Shown: positions 38,037 to 50,875 of the stretch, piece after piece
Layout of the letters: the number at the start of each line of letters is the position of its first letter
How positions within the stretch are numbered: the first letter of the stretch is position 1
Assembly (NCBI GenBank): GCA_951406725.2
Contig: OX597824.1
Span: forward strand, 4,030,001-4,094,000
Source: Octopus vulgaris
Taxonomy: Eukaryota
DNA length: 64,000 bases
Direction: 5' to 3'
Notes under the pieces: model-generated
Databases searched by the model: none
Told to the model about the DNA's origin: nothing
The model's input: the letters and a program-made list of their open reading frames with translations, nothing else
Translations under genes and position numbers: made by a program

Positions 38037-39464
38037 ACCAAGGTGTTGCTTGGCCTATCACTTTAATAGAAGGCCCTTGCCTATGGTGCTGTGCAGTGGG
38101 ACTGAACCCTAAATTACATGGTTGTGAAGCAAGCTTCTCTGTTTCATGTGGAAACCAAACTGAAAAAGTGTTTAACATCACTTGACCTCCAAATTGCTTT
38201 ACACAGAATTCAGAATTTGATGAAATCCTATTGTTGGATGTGCAGTACCAAATATGTTGGGTTCTTATATAAAAGTTATTTACAGACTCTTTGGTCCCAG
38301 GCAACTGAAAGCTTCCTCCGGGGAATGAAGTAAATCAGTGACCAGCTTAGTTCAATAGTACCTTTGCCCCATCATTTAAGAAGGATCTAGAAAATGTGAA
38401 GACTCTCTTTCATTGGATTGACAACTGTAGCAAGCAGCAGCAGCTAAGTAAGTCTGCTGGAATATCAAAGCCGTGTTGTATTCATTAAACAATCTTGTTA
38501 CCGTATCTTGCTTGTAACTGCAGTTCTTTTATTCAAAAGCCAAAGGGATTCCGCTTTTGAATGTGTATTAATCTTACGATAATAATTAAATTTAATTAGG
38601 AGTAAGTTGTGTTAATGGCTGGTAATTAATTCTTTCTTTTTTAAAATTCTAGTGAAAGACATGGGATAATTATAGGATGTGAAGTGAATTTAATGAATCA
38701 GCACATATGGGAGGTATCTATGTGGAAAAGGACTGCAGTCGCCATGGTTAGATTCCATCTCAACAAACAAACAAACAAACAAAAGGCGCACATGGAACAG
38801 TGAGTATTATGATTGGCTAAACATTTCTGACTCCCTCTTTTATTATTCCTTCCTTATTCCCTAAAATACAACAAGTCATAAATGTAGATAGGGTCCAGCA
38901 TTGGTTGTTGTAATGATTATTATGAATTCTCAGTTATCGCAGGGTTGGTTTATGCTAACAGATATTCTTCTTGTGGCTGTTGTTGTTCTTGCCAGTGTTG
39001 TTGTTGTTGCTGCTGTTATTGTGACAGAGTGTGGCGCATGGGCAAGTGGCTTCTACTATAGCCCAAGGCAGACTGAAGCTGGACGAATGAATTTTGTAAA
39101 TGTAAACTATGTGGAAGCCAGTCATTTATGTGTTTGTATCTCAATACCTGACAACCAGTGTTAGTTTGTTTGCATCCCCATAAATTAGTATTACAGACCA
39201 AGGAGTCTGTAAATAACTTTTATATAAGATCCCAACATATTTAGTACTGCACATCCTGGATTTGATTTGATCAATTAAAATCTCAAAGACAGTGCTCCAG
39301 CATAGCCACTGTCTAATGGTGGCTTTTTGGTAAAATTTGGTTTTGGTGTTACAACTGTGACAGAAATTCAAGATTTAGGCAAGTCTTCAACAGAACCTGT
39401 AGCTTTAACCTTTTTAATACCAGCTCACTTAAGACTGATCCTGGGTCTAGAAAAGAAACCTAGA

Positions 39465-40610
39465 CCTATTAGCAACCATGAAACATGATCCACTGGTTTT
39501 GTACTTCTGTCTTCATATTTATGAAGTAGAACTGCACCTAATCCATGCTTGGAAGCACCAGACATTACAATGATGTCCATTTCAGGATCATTATGTGCTA
39601 ACAACAGGTCTGAGATTAGAATGTTTTTTATTTCTTCAAAAGTGTTCTGGCATTTAGGGGACCAATTCCATTTTACCCTTTTTTTTCAATAAGTCTTTCA
39701 ATGGAGCCTCTTAACTTGTGCATATTAGGAGTGTAGTTTTGGTAATAGTTTTCCAACCCAAGAAATGCTTGTAAAGTTGGAATATTTGTTGGCGCAAGCA
39801 TATTCCTTATTGTGTCTGCCCTCAACAGGTCAGGGCGTCGACCACTTTTATCAATTATTTGCCCTAAGTACTTAATTTGGCGTAGAAAGAATGCACATGT
39901 TTCTTCACTCAAAGATAACCCGAAGACTTAAATTTTCTTAAAAACAGCTTTTATGTGTTTCACGTGCTGTTCACGAGAATTATTCTCAATCAAAATATCG
40001 TCCAAGTATGGGATTGCAAATTCACAATCCGATAACATAGTATCTGTGATTTGCTGGAATATTGCTGGTGCCATTTTTAATCTAAAAAGTAACCGTGTGT
40101 ATCAGTACAATCCTCTGTGTGTATTTATTGTCAAATACTTTGAGCATTTTTCATTTACTTTTATCAGACAGATCTAATTTGGAAAAGCATTTTTCACCAT
40201 TTTAACTTTAAAGAAATGTCCCCTGCAGTTGGGAGTTGATGGTAGTGTGCTTTTAAGGAGTCATTCAATCCAGTAGAGAAATCGGCACACACCTTAACCT
40301 TATTATTTGTTTTTAATACATACTGTGGATGCTGCCAACTTCGAGTTATTCACCTTTTTGATGACTCCATTCTTTCCAACTTTTCATTTACGGTTTCACT
40401 TGCAGCGAACGGTACTTTTCTGTTTGCTTTAAACACAGGTACAGCGTTTTCACTAACTTGGAAATAGGCTTCCGTCTTTCTGCATAGACCTAAATCTTGT
40501 GATATCACTTGCGGGAACATTTTTCAATTTTTTCTTCAGTTCTTCTGAAGACTTATTTTTAATGGGACAACCATTTATGTTATTGCAATAAAGATTTATA
40601 GGGAGGTGCC
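39465..40610 (-). pseudogene. Gypsy LTR-retrotransposon pol remnant (RT to RNase H)
   Basis: FAIPYLDDILI (YxDD), IKYLGQIIDKSGRRPD, LQAFLGLENYY, LAHNDPEMDIIVMSGASKHGLGAVLLH; many frameshifts. Confidence 0.9.
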
Positions 40611-41164
40611 ATACACTTTCTGTAACCTTGCGTATGTTTCTGAGCAGGTATCGCCATGATAACTTTCTTTGTCATGGTCAATTTGAGGATCACACGCTAC
40701 ACACCTTCCCTCAAAGCATTGCTGTAAACAGGGGGAGTGAGCTATAACGTTAAAACTTAATGCACATGCTAGTTTTTGTTTTTTGGTTTTTGTTTGTTTG
40801 ATGCTTAAACTGTTCTGTTATCTTGCTGTCTTAATATTGGTATAAAAATGACATCATAACCTTTGGAAGCAAACTGGTTTAATTCCTTTTGTTAATTGAA
40901 AAACTGTCTGATATATGTTTCTGTAGGTATTCTCTAATTACAACTTTTATAAATTGTTTTTGATTAAAGGCCAGCAGTTTTGAGCCAGGCCAGTTAACTG
41001 GTATTATCAACCACAGTATCAATCTGTTTTATTGACCCAAGAGAGATAGAAATTGAAATTGACTTTGCTAGGATTTGAACTCACAATGTAATGATCCAGA
41101 AGAAACCCTTGAGAGCATTTTTTTCCAATGCTCTAATGGTTCTGTCAACTTGTTGCCTTTATTT

Positions 41165-41748
41165 TTATTAACAGAGTAAGAAGCATTCAGAGCTTGAGCA
41201 ATTTATTCTGTACTTTATTCCCATCGTTACTTGCATGAACTAATATAATTTGTTCCCCAATTAAGAATTGTGGCTGTATTATTTTATCTTTAAAATATAA
41301 ATCTAACCTGAGGAACATCATTGCTTCTGCATCAATACCAAACCAAAGCTGAGGTTTCAAAGAACAATGCTAATGGTGCTTGTATTTGCCTGTCTCTTAA
41401 AACTGATGGACTGAGAAATCTTTCCGAGTGAGGAGGAATGAACCATTAAATCAAAGACACCCAATTCAACGAGACATGAATACAACTTTACTTGGCAAAT
41501 ATGCTTTTAAATCCATTTTAACACCAGTGATAATTCTTTTTTCAGCAATTCTATTTGAGTTTGGATGCTGGCTTTTTATATTTATTTTCTCGTAAGCCAG
41601 GCATTCACTGAATAAGCTAATTCCATTCTCGTTCTGTCAGCCATCTTACAAATCATTCTGCATCTTCATAGGAAATTGGTCTCCATGCTTCTAATCTCAA
41701 CCGATTCCTTATTGCTGTTGTATCACAACATATGTCATCCTGCATAGC

Positions 41749-41794
<46 letters not shown>

Positions 41795-43700
41795 GAGTGA
41801 GAGAGCAGTTCATGCCATCAAAGTGACACTAGGGTGAAATATACGAAGCCCAGTACACCCATCATGACTACCCTTCTGATAAGGGTACACCAAGCACATG
41901 CATCACAACCATATGTGTGTGACATGGTGATCTCATATCAAGATAAACAGGACATGACCTTGCAGGTGGGGCCCTGTTAGAATTTTCTTCTGGTCGAGTA
42001 ACCTATCCTGCTCAAAAGGTCCCTGTGTAAGGGTAGTTTAGGGATGTTGAACGAAACACCCATGTTTCCAGAGGTGAATTATTCAAACCCCAAAGAATCC
42101 CTATCAACACATGGCTATGATGCTCATCATCATTATTATTATTATTATTAACATTCTCAACTGGTTTAATGGAACAATTAATTCTTCATCACTTCAATAT
42201 ACAAATTTCAATTTTTTGATGGAATTTTCAATGACTTAAATATCTTTCCAACAACATAACAGTTATTCTATAGTTCTCAAAAATCCCTTTTAATAGACTG
42301 CTTAAAATACTACCGACTCTTATATTTCCACAATTTATAGCATCAGTTTCTGCAAAGAAGAATGAAGGATCCATCATCATAGTCATGTTCATTCCAATCA
42401 ACATTATCAGTAAATTTCAATTGTGATAATGCATCCACAAGTGATATTCGGGATCCCTTTATATTATATATTTCTTAATCAAATGCTGTCATTTGTGAAG
42501 GCCTTTTACTCCTTCCAAGCAGAACTCCTTCTAAAGAACCTTCATTAATGAGTTTCCTTAGCTACCAATGGTTTAATGTGTATTGAGAATGGTTGTGCCT
42601 CAAAATAACATACCTGATATTTCCATTGTGAAGATTTTTAGCGTTAAAACTTCTTAATCTCCTAAATTGTCTTGAAGCTTCAATTTCATGAATTAATATT
42701 GAACCATCAGCATTCATCATCTCCGTACAAAACAAGCCATGATTTTTTTCTTTTTATTTATCAACAATAACATTCACAATCTCTATTATCGTATCTGTTT
42801 CCATTAATTTACCAAAGATTTCAATGAATTCCACATCAAATTGTTTTAGTTTGAAAGCACACTTTCTTAATTTTGGTTTATTCAAATCCTTCCAGAAATA
42901 CTCGGGTATTACCTGACAACCACTCTCAATTTACATCTTAACATTAGCATTATTGAGTTTCAAAATTGATCAATAGATTATTATAATTTCTTGCTTTTTT
43001 GGGGTCAATTTCATAAATACTTTCAGAATCTCCCTTTTTTTTTCCTTCCTTAATTTCTTTTTATAGATTTACACATTACCTTAAGATAGTTATTTTTCCC
43101 CCTAATGTTTAATACAAGTTTTACTAAAAGCAGGACAGACATTTTTGACGGTGCATGCTTATAAAAGCACAAAATTCACGAAAGCAAAATTTATAATCAG
43201 GTTTACACTTGTTTCTCTCAACAGGTGTCACTGTAATATCAAAGATCATCCTTACTTTTATTTATTTATTTTTTTTCCTGTTTTCAGGAATCTAAATTTT
43301 AGAAACCATTTCAAAATGTTAAATGAATTCAATGCATGCATTCAGCCTCTGATCACCTGATTGAAGATATTCTAATGTTTTTCACACGATACTCAGATGA
43401 TTGCATGTTAACCGTGTGTTTCATTTGAATTATGTCGTCTTCTGTACTCTGTCCTTTGGTTCCAGTTTTATCAAAATTGTAAAAACAAAATTGATTCACG
43501 TAATCTCAGAGAATAACCTTGAATAGATTCAGTCAGATTTTGATGTAACAACCACCTGACCCTTTTCAGCAATTATCCCTTCGTTTTGGTCACAAAACTA
43601 ATGATGTTATCACACAATTCTTATAATACTAAAATTCACTGTTTCAAGTTCTGGCGGTTTCATTGTTGCTAAAACAGTTCTTTGTGGGCCCATCAAGCCT
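41165..43700 (-). pseudogene. Heavily decayed Gypsy remnant (protease, integrase)
   Basis: Protease-like KPKLRK..KLKQFD segment and integrase-N-like AIRNRLRLEAWRP. 42761-42900 aligns by eye with 63090-63230. The upstream boundary is uncertain. Confidence 0.65.
41794..42125 (-). mobile_element. 5'-truncated (AAT)n-associated repeat inside the Gypsy remnant
   Basis: Homologous to 17685-18205; (ATT)n on both sides. Confidence 0.8.
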
Positions 43701-43837
43701 GCTTCAGTTAGAAATAAAGAAAACTGGTTATTTATTGTCATTATAGGTAAATTACTTTGTTTGGTTTTCTGTTTTTTTTTTTTTTTACCAAAATGCTAAG
43801 TGATCGGAACACAAACCAATGACAATGTGGTCAAGAA

Positions 43838-44218
43838 TAGGTGTAAACATGGCTGTGGGGCGAAGAATTTGCTTACAAACCATGTGGTCTTGGGTTCAAT
43901 TTCACTATACTGCTGCTTGGGCATCTTCTACTATAGCCCTGGGTCAACCAAAGACGTGGAAGTGGATTCAGTTGATAGAAACTGAAGGAAGCTTGTTGTG
44001 TGTGCCTTTGTGTTTCTGTTATGTTTGTCCCCTCATCAACTGAAAACCAGTGTTGGTTTGTTTATGTTCCTGTTGTATAGCATTTTGGTGAAAAAAAACG
44101 ACCAAGACTGAGTAAGTAGCAGGCTGAAAAATAAGCATTGGGGGTTGATCTCTTCAACTAGACCCTTCAAGGTGGTGCTCCAGCAAGGCCACAGTCCAAC
44201 AAGTAAAAGACAAAAGAT
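43838..44218 (+). mobile_element. Old CORE-like (OR-type) SINE
   Basis: Diverged copy of the 5826-6223 family with an AAAAGA tail. Confidence 0.7.
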
Positions 44219-44502
44219 GAAAGATTAGTGTCCAAAAGATTTTCATTCTTGTTGCTGCAGCAACAGATTATCACAGCTAATCCTCTGTCATATCTCTGAG
44301 TCATCGTTGAAAGATTAACCAGTGACATCATTGTCATGTCGTACAGTGTTTCTCGAAATACAGTTGTGGCCACATTCAGGACTTTAAGTGCACAAGTTTT
44401 CTTTGGCCAACGAACCGAACGATTACATCAAACACAGAACAGCCATAACACAGACCCAACAACAGGCCAGCACTCAAAATACAGATAAGGATACAGGCCT
44501 AA

Positions 44503-44722
44503 TAGTCCTTTCTACTCTAAGCACAAGGCCTGAAATTTGGTGGGGTCGGGCAGACAGTTGATTACATCGACCCCAGTATTCAACTGGTACTTATTTTATC
44601 AATCCTGAAAAGAAGAAAGGCAAGGCCGACCTCAGTGGAATTTGAACTCAGAACATAGAGGTTGATGAAATGCCACTAAGCATTTTGTCCGGCATGCTAT
44701 TGATTCTGCCAGCTCACTGCTT
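44503..44722 (-). mobile_element. Nin/Deu-like SINE
   Basis: Reverse complement of the 16846-type element. Confidence 0.7.
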
Positions 44723-44753
44723 TAATAATAATAATAATAACAACAACAACAAC

Positions 44754-45123
44754 AAGTGCACCACTCAGAGAGCACAAACCTCTGCCAAGGCAACACCAAT
44801 GTCCTCTTAATGATTTGCCAGAGATGATTTATAAAATGCGAATATCTGAAATAAACTCGACTGCTCTCACAAACAAGAATACTAAAAATGAACCTGACCG
44901 AACTCAAAAATTAAGTAAAAAAACAGGAAAATAATCCAGAATCCTTGTCCAATACTGGATCAATCCCAAAATCTAATCGATTTATGCCAGTCACGGGGTT
45001 AAATATTCCTGAAATTTTTGTCTGAATCCATCCAGCGGTTCTTGAAAGATCTTGTCCACGGACAAAGAAACAAACAAACATGACTGAAAACAATACATCC
45101 ACCTTTGCTAAAGTAGAGGTAAT
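44754..45123 (-). mobile_element. Helentron-associated (HINE-like) element, copy 2
   Basis: Colinear with 30909-31268. Confidence 0.6.
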
Positions 45124-46254
45124 AATACTAATAATAACACAGATAAATGGTTACTGTCTGTGTATGTATATTAATATACACTTCATACATTCTTTATCTT
45201 TATTTTTCAAGTACACAAGTTCCTCTCCACAAATGCCCTGCCCCTCTCATACTTGTGAGTTACTTGGTTACCCTGCCAGAGCTGGTGCCACGTTAAAAGC
45301 ATCCAGTCCATGCTGTAACGTGGTTGGCATCTGGAAGGGCACCCAGCTGTAAAAATCTTGCCAAAACTAACTCTGCCTGTGCTAGTGCCATATAGAAAGC
45401 ACTGAGTCCACTGTGTGGAATGGTTAGTGTTAGGAAGGGCTTCCAGCTGTAAAATCCCTGCCAGAACGGACACAAAGGCCTTGGGTAGATTTTCTAACTG
45501 GCCAGCTTCTGTCAAACCATCCTACCCATGCATGCATGGAAGATGGACATTAAACAAAGACGATGATGCAGGCATGGCTGAGTGGTAAACAAGTTTGCTT
45601 CTCAACCATATGCTTCTGGGTTCAGTCCCATTGCATGGCACCTTGGGCAAGTGTTTTCTACTATAGCCCCTGACTGACCAAAACATAACTGGATTTGGTA
45701 AGGAGAAACTAAAAAAAAAATTATCGTTTTTGTTTGTCTTAATAACTGATGATATGCCGGAGCAGACTTCAGCCCCAGCATCCGAAACTCTGAGCTTTAT
45801 TATGGCAACCAAATAATTGTCACATATTATATTTATAGATAAATTCCTCTATTTACATAATTCATTCTTTCATTGTCATATTATGGAAAAGAACAGAAAT
45901 ATGTTATGTATGCGTGTGTATACACACACACACATTCACAAGAAGTTTCTTTCAGCTTCTATGAAATTCATTCACAGGACTGTGGTCCACCTGGGGCTTG
46001 GGTTGAAGACACTTTCCTCAAGTGCCATGGGGTGGGACTGAACCTGACACCTCATTGTTTGGAAATGGACTTCTTAAGCACCCAACCATGCCCATCCCTA
46101 CTATTATTTATATCAAATCCTTTAAAAAGCCAGACCTGATGTGGAGAATCCGAAAGGTGTACCATTGTAGACCAATTGGAATTACTAAGCACTTTGACCT
46201 TTTAAATATGGAAATTCTGCTTTTAACGAGTTGTAATTATCATTTTGCAATTAA

Positions 46255-46516
46255 AAATAAAATAAATGTGCCCTTTTAAAGCCTAGCCAGGCTCATGGGC
46301 CCGGTTTCCCCGGTTTCAATGGCGTACGTGTTCCCCAGCTGGACGGGACGCCAGTCCATCGCAGCGTTACTCATTTTTGCCAGCTGAGTGGACTGGAGCA
46401 ACGTGAAATGAAGCGTTTTGCTCAAGAACACAACGCATCACCCGGTCCAGGAACCGAAACCACAATCTTACGATCTTGATGCTGACACCCTAACCACTAA
46501 GCCATGCACCACCACG
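46255..46516 (-). mobile_element. tRNA-derived SINE with Meta/V-like domain
   Basis: A-box TGGCTTAGTGG, B-box GGTTTCGGTTCC, GCGATGGACTGGCGTCCCGTCCAG domain and (TTTTA)n tail. 13-bp TSD ATTTTGCAATTAA at 46242-46254 and 46517-46529. Confidence 0.85.
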
Positions 46517-46926
46517 ATTTTGCAATTAATTGCATTATATTACTTTTATAAATAATAATCAATGTGAACTTGAAAATTAAAATGTCTAATATTGTAATTG
46601 TTTAGAATGAAAAATAAACACAACAGATTAATATTTTAATAACCATCATCATCATCACTATCATCACTACCATCATTTTAATATCCCGTTTTCTATTCTT
46701 CTATGGAATTTATGGCAGCTTTTCTACAGCTGGATGCTCTTCCTGTTGCTAACCTTCACCATTTTCCAAATAAGGTGATAGTGTTCCCATGACCAGACAT
46801 ATTTTCACTAAATACTGGAAATAAAGGATGCTGCTTGCATGATGGTGACACCTAATTACAATTATCATGTGATCTCAAGGTAATGAGGTAGAAACATGAG
46901 CACATACACACACACACACACATATT

Positions 46927-47166
46927 CAGGGATGGCCAAAAGTCACCCGACAGTAAATCAAAATTCTATAAATACTTAATATTCTCTTTTATTTATTCAT
47001 TTCAATTATAAATGTTTAATAATTGAATGTCGTGAGTGAAAAATTACCATTTTTTGTTTTCAACATTTGTCTATTTACTAGCAAAGTCTCATAAAATAAT
47101 TTTTTGTTTTAATCTTGGAATTAAATGGGTTTTGATTTACTGTCAGGTGACTTTTGGCCAACTCTG
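46927..47166. mobile_element. Tc1/mariner-type MITE
   Basis: ~37-bp TIRs CAGGGATGGCCAAAAGTCACCCGACAGTAAATCAAAA / TTTTGATTTACTGTCAGGTGACTTTTGGCCAACTCTG, followed by TA. Confidence 0.85.
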
Positions 47167-47394
47167 TATAAATACATTTGAAAGTCGTGAAAATTTCTTA
47201 ATACAGTTTTTAAGTATAAAGGGTTTTTTAAAAAAATTATTTAAAAAAAAAGTTATAAAATCTTTTATCAGAATGTCGCTAATCTTTTTGGAAGAAGTTT
47301 TTTTCTTGTGTGCGTGAGCACTTTAGATTAATCTTTTCAAACACATTTGCTCTTGGATGAAAGAAGAAATTGTTAAAATTATCGCTTATATATA

Positions 47395-47897
47395 TATATT
47401 ATATTAAATTAGAGATAAAACCACTATTAGGCAAATCATACAATGAAAAACTTAAGCCAATACATAAGATTATTTAATTTATATTATTTAAATATATGAC
47501 AAAATTATTAAAAAATATAATTAATATAACACTACGATCGTTTCATGGCTGTTAATTTCTTAAAATTTTCGAGTTACAGTCATTCATTGATTAAACCTCA
47601 CCAAGTTAAATATTTAAACCACCTGATGAATGACTGTAACTCGAAAATTTTAAGAAATTAACAGCCATGAAACGATCATAGTGTTATATTAATTATATTT
47701 TTTAATAATTTTGTTATATATTTAAATAATATAAATTAAATAATCTTATGTATTGGCTTAAGTTTTTCATTGTATGATTTGCCTAATAGTGGTTTTATCT
47801 CTAATTTAATATAATATAATATTTTACTATAAAATTGGATTCAATCCTAAATCTGATTTTTCCCTGTAAGTTTGGATTTATTCCCTAATATTTATTA

Positions 47898-47900
<3 letters not shown>
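47395..47900 (+). mobile_element. Penelope-like pLTR in fold-back arrangement
   Basis: ~193-bp near-perfect inverted arms (47395-47588 / 47626-47818) containing an HHR; embedded in (TA)n. Confidence 0.8.
47620..47683 (+). ncRNA. Hammerhead ribozyme
   Basis: CAC-CTGATGA-ATGACTGT...ACAGCCAT-GAAA-CGATCA-TA-GTG; the inverted arm keeps the palindrome CGATCG. Confidence 0.7.
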
Positions 47901-47940
<40 letters not shown>

Positions 47941-48075
47941 AGATTCTCAAAATGAAGTGTTTTGCTCAAGAACACAATGTGCTGCTCAGTCTTGGAAATG
48001 AACCCATGACTGCTAGATCATGAGTACATCACCCTAACCACTGAGCCACATGCCTTCATACACCCCCACACACAC

Positions 48076-48164
<89 letters not shown>

Positions 48165-50830
48165 GTATGTAAGCATGTGTGTGCATGGATGTGTTTGGGT
48201 TTCCTTGTTTCAACATCTTATGATAATTGTAAAAACAGTTGTCTCCATCAAACAAGCAGTGGTGATCATTTTCACCATTCCATGAAAACACATCTGAAAT
48301 ATTACCTTGCATGGGAACAGGTAAGGATCTGTGACACGAAGGGCATCCAGTCAGAGAAAATCTGCCTTAATGAGTCACACCACCCTTCCTGACCCATGCA
48401 AGCATAGAAAGTTGGACTTAAAAACTATGATGAAGACGACGATGATGATGATGATAAGTTGATGTGCTGTTGGCAAAGAAGTGGGGCCTGAGAAGATGTC
48501 AGTTTGTAAAGCCATAATTTTATTTGATGTGTTGTTAAAAAGCAATAGAATGCAACAAGATGATCCATTTGTTTGTTTACACAAAATAACGAAAGAAACG
48601 TTTTGCCATAATTTGTTAAGAAGCAGAGTTGAGAATTCTCTTTCCTCTTTTCCAATTATGTGTTTGCAGCTGTGTTAACAGAATGGAATCCTAAGTTTCC
48701 AGAGGTGTTTCCATATGCTAGAAATAGCAGTCAAGAGATATCACATGTAAGCAAGGAACTAACAGACTACAATGAAGGTTCTTTTAAACAGAGTCGCATC
48801 CAAATAGAGTTGTAAACAGTTGTGTTAAGAGAGCACAATCGAAAGTTCTCTTGTTAACGAGAAAAAAAGAAATTGTTCCCAAATTGTGAAATGCCATTGT
48901 GATTTAGTCTGCAACTAAGAATGCGCCTGTGTTTTGCTTTACGAAGATTAAGTGAGAGATGAGCTTGCAGTAATGGATTCTAAGCTGATCAGCTGTGACA
49001 GTGAGAGAGTGAAAGGGAGAGAAAGAGTGAGAAAAAAGAGAGAGGGAGAGTGTGTTTATATGCATGTCACGACAGATACAGGTTGTGAGAACAACCACAA
49101 GCAAATGTTGCTAGCATCCCTCTCGGCCTGAATCTAGCCAAACCTGCTCTTCTATGGCCATTGGTGGGTTCACCAAGGCAGGTTGCTGATTGGTCAGTTT
49201 TTAGCCAACACAAAGTGTCAAGTAGACTTTGCTGGATCAGTTTATCTCTTTTTGCAAATTCCTGAGAAATAAATTTAGCCAATAAAATGAAATTTTAGCA
49301 ACAGATTGAAACTGCTGTTTCTGTCGCTAATAAAATGTATGTAGGCAGATTTGGATGTGGTTAATGAGAGAAAGAAACTACGAAAGGCTGGTGATGCCAA
49401 AAATTACCAGAGTTCTATCAGACGTGGCATTAAATATAATCAATAGTAATTGCACAGTTTAGGTTTATTTTGTGATGTTTTTGAGCCACAACTGGACAGT
49501 TGACCACCTCGGTTCTGACTAAAGAGAGAATATGCTGAGAGTAACGGACATTAGTTTGGTATCTGTTGTGTCGCAGGGAGTTAGAGCTTTTGGAGGAACT
49601 GTAGAAGTTCTAAAGGTTCCACAATCAAATTTAACTTTAGAATTCTAGACATGATGACATGATTAAGCTATATGGGGTTTGGAAGGTGAAGAGAGTTGAT
49701 CAAGAAGAGAACTTTCTGGAAAATGGCAAAGGTATTTTATGGGTTGTCTCTTTTGTCGCCATAAACATTAATGATTCTTATGGCTTGTAGAATGTCCAGC
49801 AATACAGTAATCCATTGTGGAATGTTTCTAAGGTTAATTTCATGATTACAGAAAGCCCAGTTATGTCTTTTGCACTGCAAGTGCCCTTATCAATTATATA
49901 GAGGTTATAGAATTTGAAGAAATTCCATGGCTATTTAGGATTTGTTTCAATGGAGTAGACATGAAGAAACTCTCCAACGACATCTGAATGAATAAATATT
50001 GGCATTAAAAAAAATGGAACAGGTGAGTCAAGTATTTTCTAATAATAGAAATACTTATATAGACTGTATGAATAGGTTTTTGGAAAATGAGTAATTCTAT
50101 CATCTATAGCAAGTATACTTATTGTTAGAATGAGAAAGAGGCCTTAAAATATCTTTGACAAACAACTTTTATCAGAGAAAATATTTGAAAGATTCGATTG
50201 GGAAGAATAAGTGATGAAAATAATGAAGTTAGGACTCACATGTTGAGTCCTGATAGCTTGGGAATTGGATGAGGAAAGAATTGTGCAGCATTTTGGGAAG
50301 AATGGAACCAACCTGATTTTGATTTGTTCTGAGATTGGTATAGGTTGTGGTTTGTCTACAGCCAACCTTCAATAGTGGAGGCCATGCATCACTGGAGCAT
50401 AATCTGGAAGCATGAATGTCATGTCAGACAGAATATACATGGTGCAGTGTTCCAAAATACCTTTGTTAGTGGTGCACTAAAACTACAATAAACTGTCATT
50501 GATGCAACGGGAACAGACACCAGGCTGTAGGTTATTCTTTTCAAAAGGGGAAGATGAGGAACACCTGTGACCCTTGGCAAATGAGTTTTTGAGAAAGGGA
50601 GAAACCATTCACTGAACCTGTTACCACGTGGGAAATAAAATGAAACCTAATTTCTTATTAAATCCAGTGGGTAGACTTATCCATACGTGGTGTATTCTTC
50701 TGTCAGTTATTCTTAGAAGAGTGATGTCATTTGTTTGTTTCTGCTTGGAAAGTGGATGCCAAATGATGACGCCGATGACGACAGATATATTCATATATGT
50801 TGCTCATATGTACATATGCATGTATACATA

Positions 50831-50875
<45 letters not shown>

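Noticed and set aside
41165-43100. Possible endogenous virus or Polinton genes in long AT-rich coding-like DNA
   Set aside because: Hand translation gave Gypsy protease- and integrase-like motifs shared with 60345-63232.
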